A stretch of 64,000 bases of DNA from Aplysia californica (Eukaryota), in contig NW_004797465.1 of the NCBI RefSeq assembly GCF_000002075.1, positions 684,438 to 748,437 on the forward strand, in the 5' to 3' direction. The notes under the pieces are model-generated. The model saw nothing but the letters and a program-made list of their open reading frames with translations. It ran no database searches and was not told the origin of the DNA. This document shows positions 28,401-42,000 of the stretch, one piece after another. How positions within the stretch are numbered: position 1 is the first letter of the stretch; every line of letters begins with the position of its first letter. Position numbers and translations under genes: made by a program.

Positions 28401-31400
28401 ACAATCGAAAAAAAAATATTTCTGAAACAAAATCTGAAGGCAGTGGCACCAATTACCGAAAGTACCCCTACTATTTCCAGAGAAGACAAAGGCTCAATGG
28501 TCAAACGTAAAAACAACCGTGTTTTAAGGAGAGGCGATAGTAAATAGAATTTCCGAATCTTTAGGAAGGTTTACAATCGAAAAATATATATTTCCAAAAC
28601 AAAATCTGAAGGCAGTGGTACCTACCACTAAGAAGTACCCCTACTATTTCCAAAATAGACAATACCTCACTGGTCAAACGTAAAGACAATCGTGGTTTAA
28701 GGAGAGACGATAGTAAAGAGAGTTTAAGATTGATAAAGAGTGTACAATGTATTGAAAGAAAAGCTGGAAGTTGGCCTTACTGAAGACAGATTAATGATTT
28801 AAGAATTTATTTTCCGAGCTAAAAATNNNNNNNNNNNNNNNNNNNNNNNNNNNNNNNNNNNNNNNNNNNNNNNNNNNNNNNNNNNNNNNNNNNNNNNNNN
28901 NNNNNNNNNNNNNNNNNNNNNNNNNNAAATATCGAGAAAAAATATACTGGAGACATCGGCACCTAACAGAAACACCCTTTTAAAAGTTGACCAACTATTT
29001 TGGCTTTTGTATGAAGTATGCAACGCAAGAGTATGGTTTTTTGTATGTATGTATGTAGTATAGGGTTTTACGGCGCTCGCAACTGCTTAGGTCATATGAG
29101 CGCGCATGGTTTTTTTTAAAGATCAAGACAAAATCGATATATCATAGAATCTAAACCAGTTACGACGTGCTGGAAGCAGGCGCGCATCAATGTTTGGGCC
29201 TATGGAATTGTTGGTAAAATCTTGAAGTCTCGTCTATTTTCTTGATCTAAGTGAAAAATGTACCCATCTATCTTTAATAACAGAAGTCGTGATATTTGCA
29301 ATTGAAGAAGGTGGGGGTCGCCTGGTTTCAGGATTAAATTTGGGAAAAAATGGCTGCCAAGGTTTGGTAACTACCATAGTTTGATAGCACTTGGATCTAC
29401 AATTTTATAATTTTTGTGCTTTAAATCAAAGTGTTTAAGGTGAAATTCACTCAGAAATATGTTTTTAAATTGACGTAAAAGATGTTGAGAAAAAACCCAC
29501 AAAAATTCGATAAAAATTGGTTAACCTTTTGAAAAAAATGCCGTTTTCTTCGATTTCACTATGTTGACGAGCGCCTTATTTCACCATGATGTCTCACAGA
29601 TATATTATTATGCTCTATAGACAAAAGTGGTTTTAACATCATTTGCATTTTGTAAACCGAATCCTTAGGAAGATTTACAATCGAAAAATATATATTTCCG
29701 AAACAAAATCTGAAGGCAGTTGCACTTACTACCGAAAAATACACCTACTATTTCCAAAATAGACAATGCCTCACTGGTCAAATGTAAAAACAATCGTGTT
29801 TTAAGGAGAGACTATGGTAAAGAGAGTTTCAGATTAGTAAAGAGTGTACATTGTATTGAAAGATATGGTGGACGTTGCCCTTACTGAAGACGTAAAATGC
29901 GGTGAGCCCTCAGAAAACATAGACTTTATTTTCTTGGCCGTTTCTGTGGTTTTTCTTTCTGTATTTGCTTTCAAGTGTTACAGACTTGCATTTCTCTTTA
30001 CCACTTTCTTCCTCCTCTTTAGCTGAGTAAAATACGTAAAAGAAACAATACTGGAGACATCAGCACCTAACAAAAATACCTTTAAAAAAGAACCCTCTGA
30101 CCTATAATTTTGGCCCGTGTAACAAGAACGTGAGTGTATGTTTTTTTCAAAATCAAGACGAAATCCACATTCCAAAGAAGCTAAATACATAAACTACTGG
30201 ACCAGACTGGATCTAATGTCATTTGCATTCTGTCAACCTAAAACTTGTGAATAATATTTTTTTTAAAAACTGTTTTAAAAATCAAATCAAAAGGTAGTGA
30301 CACAAACTACGGACCAAACAACACCCCNNNNNNNNNNNNNNNNNNNNNNNNNNNNNNNNNNNNNNNNNNNNNNNNNNNNNNNNNNNNNNNNNNNNNNNNN
30401 NNNNNNNNNNNNNNNNNNNNNNNNNNNNNNNNNNNNNNNNNNNNNNNNNNNNNNNNNNNNNNNNNNNNNNNNNNNNNNNNNNNNNNNNNNNNNNNNNNNN
30501 NNNNNNNNNNNNNNNNNNNNNNNNNNNNNNNNNNNNNNNNNNNNNNNGGGGAGCAGTTGTCCTGACAGAAGACAGTATTTTTTTTTCGGTAAAAAAAAAA
30601 AATGCAAAATGCAAGGAGCAATACGGAGCATACTCTGAATGTTAGATTATTTCTTGAAATTTGAATATGTACTCAGAAAACTTAGATCTGAATTGTAGCC
30701 ATCAGAAAACCAAGTAGAAATTAGCTGTACAACTACCTTAGTACTCGTGCAAAATTCACGAGTTAGCAGAATAGATAAACAAGCCAGAAGGATAGACTGC
30801 AATGGTTTAACAGCTGTATTATTTTCCTAGAACTCAACAACAACAACAACAACAACAAAAACCAAAAAACAACAAACCTTTATCGCCTTTTGGCTTGTAG
30901 CAAACTTTGAATACTGCACGGCAGTTATTCTTCACCCAGGCCTTCTTTCCTTTAAAGCCAAAGGATTTGTTCTTCTTGCACTTGCCCTTTGACTTTTCTT
31001 CTTTCATTTTCATAGACTTGATTTTCTTGGCCTTTGAAAGAGTTTTCTGGTCTTTCTTTTTGTTTTTGCTTTCAAGTGTTACAGATCTGCATTTCTCTTT
31101 ATCACCTTCTTCGTCCTCCTCATCTGAGAAAATATGCAGAAAAAAGGAGCAGTGTTAGTCGGTTGGAGAATTTTTTTAAACACTGGAAAGGCACTGAAAT
31201 GATTAAGATTTGAATTACAACCAAGTAGGGAAACATGAGAGAACTGTATGAAACCACAAAGAAACTTGCAGGCGGATACAAGAACGCTGATGTGCCAGTG
31301 AAGGATAAAGAGGGAAAGCTTCTCACAAATCCAGACGAACAGAAAGAACGCTGGTAGGAGCGTTTCAAAAAGCAAGGCAGAAAAACAGTTTGACATTCCA

Positions 31401-32976
31401 CCTGCAGAGATTGATCTGGTGGTGAGTGAAGAGAAGCCTAGTTTAGAGAAGATCAAGGAGGCGATAAGACACCAGAAAGCAGCCAGGCAAGGAGGCCGGC
31501 CCAGATGGAATTCCCCTAGAAGTTCTCAATGCGATATCGACCCTGCGGCAGGGATTCCTCAAGGAATTATTGGCAAAATATGGGACAGCAAAAAATTTCC
31601 TCAGGATTGGAGAAAGGGATTGCTCGTGAATCTATCCAAGAAAGGAGACCTGCATGAGTGTAAAAACTACAGAGGAATCCTGCTCCTGTCAATTCCAGGG
31701 AAGACTTTAAGTCGTACCATACTGGAAAGACTGAAGGAAGCCGAGGATGCAAAACTGAGAGAAAAGCAGGCAGGATTTCGTAAAAAGAGATCCTGTACAG
31801 ATCAGATTGCAACTTTGAGGATAATAGTGGAGCAGTCCACGGAGTGAAACTCTTCCCTGAACGTTAACCTTGTTGACTACGAGAAAGCTTTTGACAGCCT
31901 AGATAGAGACTCAATATAGAAGCTCAAGAGCCACTACGGAATACCTTACACGTTTGTGAGATTGATAAAGAAGATGTAGAAGGGAATGAGCTGCAGTGTC
32001 TTAGGAGGGAATGATCTGCAGTGTTTTACTTGGAGGGCAGCGGACAGACTCGTTTGAAGTGAATACAAGAATGAGACAGGGATGCCTGCTATCGTCTTTT
32101 CTCTTTTCATTAGAAGTGGATTGGATAATGAGACATACAACATCGGGAAAACCTGGTGGCATACAGTGGCCCCTTTCCAGTCAGTTGCAAGACTTGGATT
32201 GTGCCGACGAATTGGTACTTCTTTCTCAGAGTCGAGCCCAGGTGCAACAGCAAACAGATCGGCTTGGGACCTTCTCCCGTAGTGTTGGACTCCATACTCA
32301 CACGGATAAAACGAAAAATCTTCGAACGGATGCAGCCGACGTACCTATCACACTGCAAGGGGCACCATTGGAATATGTTGAATCCTTCACCTACCTGGAA
32401 AATGTCATTAACAAGGCAGGGGGAACAGACGAAGACATCAAGGTCAGAATCCAAAAGGCTAGAGCAGCATTTATCATTCTCAGGAATATATGGATGTCTG
32501 AGGAACTGGGATCAAACACCAAGCTGAGGATCTTCAAAACAAACGTGAAGACTGTTCTACTGAATGGTTCAGAGACATGGAGTCTCACAGCATCAGCAGC
32601 AAGGAAACTGCAGAGCTTCGTAAATGGATGTCTAAGAAGGATAGTGGTGATCAAGTGGTACAATCGAGTCACAAATACTCAACTGTGGGAAAGAACAAGC
32701 CAAAGGCCAGTAAAGGAAGACATTCAGGGGAAGAAATGGAAATGAACTGGACACACCCCGAGGAGAACCCTGAAAAGCATCATCAGACAGACTTTGACGT
32801 GGAACCCACAAGGAAAACGTTAAAAGGGAAGACCAAAGATGACATGGAGACAACCAGTGCAAGCAGAAATAGAAAAAGCGGGGACATCATGGAAACAGCT
32901 AGAAAAGGATGCACAGCAAAGCTTCGCTGGAGTAATGTTGTTGATGACCTGTGCTCCACTGGGAGTTAAAAAGGGC

Positions 32977-33012
<36 letters not shown>

Positions 33013-36000
33013 NNNNNNNNNNNNNNNNNNNNNNNNNNNNNNNNNNNNNNNNNNNNNNNNNNNNNNNNNNNNNNNNNNNNNNNNNNNNNNNNNNNNNNNN
33101 NNNNNNNNNNNNTATTTGTCTTTTTCTACTTCATCCCCTTCTTCCTCATCGTCGTCTGAGAGAGAAGGTGCAAATCATATACTGCAGACGTCAGCGACAT
33201 AACTTACATACCCATTCTACGACAATTTGCTAACACATGCGTAGAAACACCCGCTAATAGAACGCTTTTAAAAACCTGCTATTCCATGACACTAGTTACA
33301 GACGGGAAAAGTATTGTTGCAGCAAACAAGTATTAACTGTTATGCTAAAAATAAACACCAACCAAGCAGATAAATGGCAAAAGGAAAGAAATTCCAAAAG
33401 TTAGGCAAAGATTGCAACCGATAGTATGGCGCTAAGAAAGACAATATTGAAGGGTATCCACAAGAAAGATCTCATGTTTTTGTACTTTGTTTTTCTTCAA
33501 ATTTTCCACCTTTATCCTTAAAATAATGTGAAACGTGGTGAGCAAAACGGAACGGAATCAGCCAGTGGGAGTAATTCTTGAAACTTTGGTTTCGATTTGG
33601 ATTGCAGCCGCAACACACAAGGTAGAAAGCAACCCATTGAATGGCTGATAGAAAAGTCATGAAAAGACGCACGAAATACACAGACCGGAAGTAGTGGTTT
33701 TGATAAGTATGATCTAAAATGGTTTTCAAGAGCTCAAGGAAACACAAACCTTCGTCGCCTTTGCCGCCTTTTGGCTTGTAGCAAACTTTGAAAACTGCAC
33801 GGCAGTTGTTCTTCACCCAGGCCTTCCTTCCTTTGTAGCCAAAGGATTTATTCTTTTTGCACTTGCCGTTTGACAGCTCTTTCGTTATCTTCATTGACTT
33901 GATTTTCTTGGCCTTTGAAAGAGATTTCTCATCTTTCTTTTTCTGTTTGCTTTCTAGTTTTAACTTTCTGCAGTTGCCTTTACCGCCTTCTTCTTCTTCC
34001 TCATCATCGTCTGAAGAAAAAGATTAAAAGAATACACTGCAGACATAAGCACCTAACTTACAAACCAAATTCACGGAATTTTCGCAAACGAATACATGTG
34101 AAAATAGGAATGTGTCCAAATAATTGGAAGAGAAGGAAACCAGTTACAAAACGTAAAACTATTGTTTGAATAAACAATTTCTGACTTTCCCAGAAGAAAA
34201 ACCAAGAACAACAAAAATGACCACGAATGTAAATACGACAGAAGTTCCAAATGTTAGGCCAAGAGTGATACCGATTGAATGACGTTAGGAAAAATCAGAT
34301 AGTGGGTGCCTTCAGAAAGGCAGAATGTTTTTCGAACTTTTCCATTTTTATCCCTTAAAGTATGTGGAATGAAGGGAGGAAAAAAGTAGCAGAATCAGTC
34401 AGTGGGAGAAGTTCTTGAAACTCCGGAGTGGCACATAAATGAATCAGATTTGGAATGCAAGCGCAACAAACGAGGTAGGAGGACACCTATTGAAAACCTC
34501 ACAAAAATGTCAAGAGAAGGTAGACGACATAAACAAACCAGAAAGTAATAACTTTGATAAGTTGAAAGCAAGATTGTTTTCCAGTTCTCAAGTGAAAACA
34601 AACCTTCATCGCCTTTTGGCTTGTAGCAAACTTTGAATACTGCACGGCAGTCGTTCTTCACCCAGGCCTTCTTTCCTTTATAGCCAAAGGATTTATTCTT
34701 CTTGCACTTGCCCCCTGATAGTTCTTTCGTTATCTTCATTGACTTGATTTTCTTGGCCTTGGAAAGAGATTTCTCGTCTTTTTCTTTGTTTTTGCTTTCA
34801 AGTTTTAAAGTTCTGCAGTTGCCTTTCTCGCCATCATCGCCCTCTTCCTCATCATCGTCTGAGTGAAGAGGTAAAAATAATATACTGCAGACGTCAGCAT
34901 CTATTTTATATACCATTTTCTCCCTATTTTGATCAAGCTAATTTTCTGTAAACAATTACCTACAAGAAAAAATGTTTCCACATTATCCTACGGCAATAAC
35001 ATCAATTACTGACGGAAAAATTATTATCACTGTATTCAGTTACTGACTCAGTAAGAAATGAGAGAAATTCCAAAGGTAAGGCCAAGACTAATTCCGATTT
35101 TATGACGTTAGGAAAAAACACATGGGGTGTGTCCTTCAGAAAGACAGAATGTTTCTTCAAGGATTTGATTTGTATAGCGAAAAGCACGTGAAAGGTTGGG
35201 AGCGAAACGGAGCAGAAACAGTCGGCGGGAGTATTTATTACAAATTTAGACAGGCTCTCATATGACTAAGATTTGGATTGCAGCCGTAACATGTCGGAGA
35301 AAAGCAATGCATTTAAATACTGATGCAGAATTTACCAGAAGGCAGACCAGATACACAGACCAAAAGCAATGAATTTGATAAAGAAGCAGCCAGATTGTTT
35401 TCCAGTACTCAGGTGAAAACAAACCTTCTTCGCCTTTTGGCTTGTAGCAAACTTTGAATACTGCACGGCAGTCGTTCTTCACCCAGGCCTTCTTTCCTTT
35501 ATAGCCAAAGGATTTATTCTTCTTGCACTTGCCCTCAGACAGTTCTTTAGTTATCTTCATTGACTTGATTTTCTTGGCCTTGGAGAGAGATTTCTGGTCT
35601 TTCTCTTTGTTTTTGCTTTCAAGTTTTAAAGTTCTGCAGTTGCCTTTATCGCCTTCATCGCCTTCTTCCTCATCATCGTCTAAGAGAAAAGGTGAAAATA
35701 ATATACTGCAGACGTCAGCGCCTAACTTACATACCCATTCTACGGCAATTTGCTAATGCATGCGTAGAAGTACCCGCTAATAGAATGTTTCCAAAAACCT
35801 GAGGTTCCATGACACTAGTTACAGACAGGAAAAGTATTGCTGCATCAAGCAATTATTAACTGTTATGTTAGAAAAACACCAACCCAGCCAATAAATGGCA
35901 AAAGAAAAGAAATTCCAAAAGTTAGGCAAAGATTTGCAACGATAGTATGGTTCTAGGAAAGAACATATTGAAGGGTATCCACAAGAAAGACATCATGTTT

Positions 36001-39000
36001 TTGTATTTTGGTTTTTTTGCGTAGTTTCCAAATTTATCCTTAAAATAATGTGAAACGTGGAGAGCAAAACGGAACGGAATCAGTCAGTTGGAGTAATTCA
36101 TGAATCTCTGGTTTCGATTTGGATTGCAGCCGCAACAAACAAGGTAGAAAGCAACCCATTGAATTGCAGATAGAAATGTCACGAAAAGACGCACGAAATA
36201 CACAGACCGGAAGTAGTGGTTTTGATAAGTATGCTGTAAAATTGTTTTCAAGAGCTCAAGGAAACACAAACCTTCGTCGCCTTTGCCGCCTTTTGGCTTG
36301 TAGCAAACTTTGAAAACTGCACGGCAGTTGTTCTTCACCCAGGCCTTCCTTCCTTTATAGCCAAAGGATTTATTCTTTTTGCACTTGCGATTTGACAGCT
36401 CTTTCGTTATCTTCATTGACTTGATTTTCTTGGCCTTGGAAAGAGATTTCTCGTCTTTCTTTTTCTGTTTGCTTTCTAGTTTTAACTTTCTGCAGTTGCC
36501 TTTACCGTTTTCTTCTTCTTCCTCATCATCTTCTGAAAAAAAAACCATTAAAAGAATACACTGCAGACATCAGCACCTAACTTACAAACCCAATTCACGG
36601 ATTTTTTTTCAAACGAATACATGTAAAAATAGAAATGTTTCCAAAAAATTGGAAGGGTAGGAAACCAGTTACAGACCGTAAAACTACTGTTTGAGTAAAC
36701 AATTTCTGACTTGACCAGAAAAAACAACAACAACAAAAATGACCACGAATGTAAACAGGACAGAAGTTCCAAATGTTAGGCCAAGAGTGATACCGATTGA
36801 ATGACGTAAGGAAAAATCAGATAGTGGGTGCCTTCAGAAAGGCAGAATGTTTTTCGAACTTTTCCATTTTTATCCCTTAAAGTATGTGGAATGAAGGGAG
36901 GAAAAAAGTAACAGAATCAGTCAGTGGGAGAAGTTCTTGAAACTCCGGAGTGGCACATAAATGAATCAGATTTGGAATGCAAGCGCAACATACGAGGTAG
37001 GAGGACACCTATTGAAAACCTCACAAAAATGTCAAGAGAAGGTAGACGACATAAGCAAACCAGAAGTAATAACTTTGATAAGTTGAATGCGAGATTGTTT
37101 TCCAGTACTCAGGTGAAAACAAACCTTCATCGCCTTTTGGCTTGTAGCAAACTTTGAATACTGCACGGCAGTCGTTCTTCACCCAGGCCTTCCTTCCGTT
37201 ATAGCCAAAAGATTTATTCTTTTTGCACTTGCCCTCAGACAGTTCTTTCGTTATCTTCATTGACTTGATTTTCTTGGCCTTGGAAAGAGATTTCTGGTCT
37301 TTTTCTTTGTTTTTGCTTTCAAGTTTTAAAGTTCTGCAGTTGCCTTTATCGCCTTCATCGCCTTCTTCCTCATCATCGTCTGAGAGAAAAGGTGAAAATA
37401 ATATACTGCAGACGTCAGCGCCTAACCTACATACCCATTCTACGACAATTTGCTAATACATGCGTAGAAACACCCGCTAATAGAATGTTTTTAAAAACCT
37501 GGGATTCCATGACACTAGTTACAGACGTGAAAAGTGTTGTTGCAGCAAACAAGTATTAACTGTTATGCTAAAAATAAACACCAACCAAGCAGATAAATGG
37601 CAAAAGGAAAGAAATTCCAAAAGTTAGGCAAAGATTGGTAACGATAGTATGGCGCTAAGAAAGACAATATTGAAGGGTATCCACAAGCAAGATCTCATGT
37701 TTTTGTACTTTGTTTTTCTTCAAATTTTCCACCTTTATCCTTAAAATAATGTGAAACGTGGTGAGCAAAACGGAACGGAATCAGCCAGTGGGAGTAATTC
37801 TTGAAACTTTGGTTTCGATTTGGATTGCAGCCGCAACACACAAGGTAGAAAGCAACCCATTGAATGGCTGATAGAAAAGTCACGAAAAGACGCACGAAAT
37901 ACACAGACCGGAAGCAGTGGTTTTGATAAGTATGATCTAAAATGGTTTTCAAGAGCTCAAGGAAACACAAACCTTCGTCGCCTTTGCCGCCTTTTGGCTT
38001 GTAGCAAACTTTGAAAACTGCACGGCAGTTGTTCTTCACCCAGGCCTTCCTTCCTTTGTAGCCAAAGGATTTATCCTTTTTGCACTTGCCGTTTGACAGC
38101 TCTTTCGTTATCTTCATTGACTTGATTTTCTTGGCCTTTGAAAGAGATTTCTCGTCTTTCTTTTTCTGTTTGCTTTCTAGTTTTAACTTTCTGCAGTTGC
38201 CTTTACCGCCTTCTTCTTCTTCCTCATCATCGTCTGCAGAAAAAGATTAAAAGAATACACTGCAGACATAAGCACCTAACTTACAAACCAAATTCACGGA
38301 ATTTTCGCAAACGAATACATGTGAAAATAGGAATGTGTCCAAATAATTGGAAGAGAAGGAAACCAGTTACAAAACATAAAACTATTGTTTGAATAAACAA
38401 TTTCTGACTTTCCCAGAAGAAAAACCAAGAACAACAAAGATGACCACGAATGTAAATACGACAGAAGTTCCAAATGTTAGGCCAAGAGTGATACCGATTG
38501 AATGACGTTAGGAACAATCAGATAATGGGTGCCTTCAGAAAGGCAGAATGTTTTTCGAACTTTTCCATTTTTATCCCTTAAAGTATGTGGAATGAAGGGA
38601 GGAAAAAAGTAGCAGAATCATTCAGTGGGAGAAGTTCTTGAAACTCCGGAGTGGCACATAAATGAATCAGATTTGGAATGCAAGCGCAACAAACGAGGTA
38701 GGAGGACACCTATTGAAAACCTCACAAAAATGTCAAGAGAAGGTAGACGACATAAGCAAACCAGAAGTAATAACTTTGATAAGTTGAATGCGAGATTGTT
38801 TTCCAGTACTCAGGTGAAAACAAACCTTCATCGCCTTTTGGCTTGTAGCAAACTTTGAATACTGCACGGCAGTTGTTCTTCACCCAGGCCTTTCTTCCTT
38901 TATAGCCAAAGGATTTATTCTTCTTGCACTTGCCCTCAGACAGTTCTTTCGTTATCTTCATTGACTTGATTTTCTTGGCCTTGGAAAGAGATTTCTGGTC

Positions 39001-42000
39001 TTTTTCTTTGTTTTTGCTTTCAAGTTTTAAAGTTCTGCAGTTGCCTTTATCGCCTTCATCGTCTTCTTCCTCATCATCGTCTGAGAGAAAAGGTGAAAAT
39101 AATATACTGCAGACGTCAGCGCCTAACTTACATACCCATTCTACGACAATTTGCTAACACATGCGTAGAAACACTCGCTAATAGAATGTTTTTAAAAACC
39201 TGGGATTCCATGACACTAGTTACAGACGGGAAAAGTATTGTTGCAGCAAACAAGTATTAACTGTTATGCTAAAAATAAACACCAACCAAGCAGATAAATG
39301 GCAAAAGGAAAGAAATTCCAAAAGTTAGGCAAAGATTGGTAACGATAGTATGGCGCTAAGAAAGACAATATTGAAGGGTATCCACAAGAAAGATCTCATG
39401 TTTTTGTACTTTGTTTTTCTTCAAATTTTCCACCTTTATCCTTAAAATAATGTGAAAAGTGGTGAGCAAAACGGAACGGAATCAGTCAGTGGGAGTAATT
39501 CTTGAAACTTTGGTTTCGATTTGGATTGCAGCCGCAACACACAAGGTAGAAAGCAACCCATTGAATGGCTGATAGAAAAGTCACGAAAAGACGCACGAAA
39601 TACACAGACCGGAAGTAGTGGTTTTGATAAGTATGATCTAAAATGGTTTTCAAGAGCTCAAGGAAATACAAACCTTCGTCGCCTTTGCCGCCTTTTGGCT
39701 TGTAGCAAACTTTGAAAACTGCACGGCAGTTGTTCTTCACCCAGGCCTTCCTTCCTTTGTAGCCAAAGGATTTATTCTTTTTGCACTTGCCGTTTGACAG
39801 CTCTTTCGTTATCTTCATTGACTTGATTTTCTTGGCCTTTGAAAGAGATTTCTCGTCTTTCTTTTTCTGTTTGCTTTCTAGTTTTAACTTTCTGCAGTTG
39901 CCTTTACCGCCTTCTTCTTCTTCCTCATCATCGTCTGAAGAAAAAGATTAAAAGAATACACTGCAGACATAAGCACCTAACTTACAAACCAAATTCACGG
40001 AATTTTCGCAAACGAATACATGTGAAAATAGGAATGTGTCCAAATAATTGGAAGAGAAGGAAACCAGTTACAAAACGTAAAACTATTGTTTGAATAAACA
40101 ATTTCTGACTTTCCCAGAAGAAAAACCAAGAACAACAAAAATGACCACGAATGTAAATACGACAGAAGTTCCAAATGTTAGGCCAAGAGTGATACCGAAT
40201 GAATGACGTTAGGAAAAATCAGATAGTGGGTGTCTTCAGAAAGGCAGAATGTTTTTCGAACTTTTCCATTTTTATCCCTTAAAGTATGTGGAATGAAGGG
40301 AGGAAAAAAGTAGCAGAATCAGTCAGTGGGAGAAGTTCTTGAAACTCCGGAGTGGCACATAAATGAATCAGATTTGGAATGCAAGCGCAACAAACGAGGT
40401 AGGAGGACACCTATTGAAAACCTCACAAAAATGTCAAGAGAAGGTAGACGACATAAGCAAACCAGAAGTAATAACTTTGATAAGTTGAATGCGAGATTGT
40501 TTTCCAGTACTCAGGTGAAAACAAACCTTCATCGCCTTTTGGCTTGTAGCAAACTTTGAATACTGCACGGCAGTTGTTCTTCACCCAGGCCTTTCTTCCT
40601 TTATAGCCAAAGGATTTATTCTTCTTGCACTTGCCCTCAGACAGTTCTTTCGTTATCTTCATTGACTTGATTTTCTTGGCCTTGGAAAGAGATTTCTGGT
40701 CTTTTTCTTTGTTTTTGCTTTCAAGTTTTAAAGTTCTGCAGTTGCCTTTATCGCCTTCATCGCCTTCTTCCTCATCATCGTCTGAGAGAAAAGGTGAAAA
40801 TAATATACTGCAGACGTCAGCGCCTAACTTACATACCCATTCTACGACAATTTGCTAACACATGCGTAGAAACACCCGCTAATAGAATGTTTTTAAAAAC
40901 CTGGGATTCCATGACACTAGTTACAGACGGGAAAAGTATTGTTGCAGCAAACAAGTATTAACTGTTATGCTAAAAATAAACACCAACCAAGCAGATAAAT
41001 GGCAAAAGGAAAGAAATTCCAAAAGTTAGGCAAAGATTGGTAACGATAGTATGGCGCTAAGAAAGACAATATTGAAGGGTATCCACAAGAAAGATCTCAT
41101 GTTTTTGTACTTTGTTTTTCTTCAAATTTTCCACCTTTATCCTTAAAATAATGTGAAAAGTGGTGAGCAAAACGGAACGGAATCAGTCAGTGGGAGTAAT
41201 TCTTGAAACTTTGGTTTCGATTTGGATTGCAGCCGCAACACACAAGGTAGAAAGCAACCCATTGAATGGCTGATAGAAAAGTCACGAAAAGACGCACGAA
41301 ATACACAGACCGGAAGTAGTGGTTTTGATAAGTATGATCTAAAATGGTTTTCAAGAGCTCAAGGAAACACAAACCTTCGTCGCCTTTGCCGCCTTTTGGC
41401 TTGTAGCAAACTTTGAAAACTGCACGGCAGTTGTTCTTCACCCAGGCCTTCCTTCCTTTGTAGCCAAAGGATTTATTCTTTTTGCACTTGCCGTTTGACA
41501 GCTCTTTCGTTATCTTCATTGACTTGATTTTCTTGGCCTTTGAAAGAGATTTCTCGTCTTTCTTTTTCTGTTTGCTTTCTAGTTTTAACTTTCTGCAGTT
41601 GCCTTTACCGCCTTCTTCTTCTTCCTCATCATCGTCTGAAGAAAAAGATTAAAAGAATACACTGCAGACATAAGCACCTAACTTACAAACCAAATTCACG
41701 GAATTTTCGCAAACGAATACATGTGAAAATAGGAATGTGTCCAAATAATTGGAAGAGAAGGAAACCAGTTACAAAACGTAAAACTATTGTTTGAATAAAC
41801 AATTTCTGACTTTCCCAGAAGAAAAACCAAGAACAACAAAAATGACCACGAATGTAAATACGACAGAAGTTCCAAATGTTAGGCCAAGAGTGATACCGAA
41901 TGAATGACGTTAGGAAAAATCAGATAGTGGGTGTCTTCAGAAAGGCAGAATGTTTTTCGAACTTTTCCATTTTTATCCCTTAAAGTATGTGGAATGAAGG

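Larger units (their letters stand above)
9460..28826. repeat. Tandem array 1: 18 exon+intron monomers, period 1093-1099 bp or 924 bp
   Basis: Exon-start spacings 1093,924,1099,1099,1096,1096,1096,924,1096,1096,924,1096,924,924,1093,1096,1096; near-identical units. Confidence 0.97.

Noticed and set aside
30300-30570. Possible inverted-repeat element around the N block (ggaccaaacaacacccc ... ggggagcagttgtcc)
   Set aside because: Interior is all N and the flanks are too short to call
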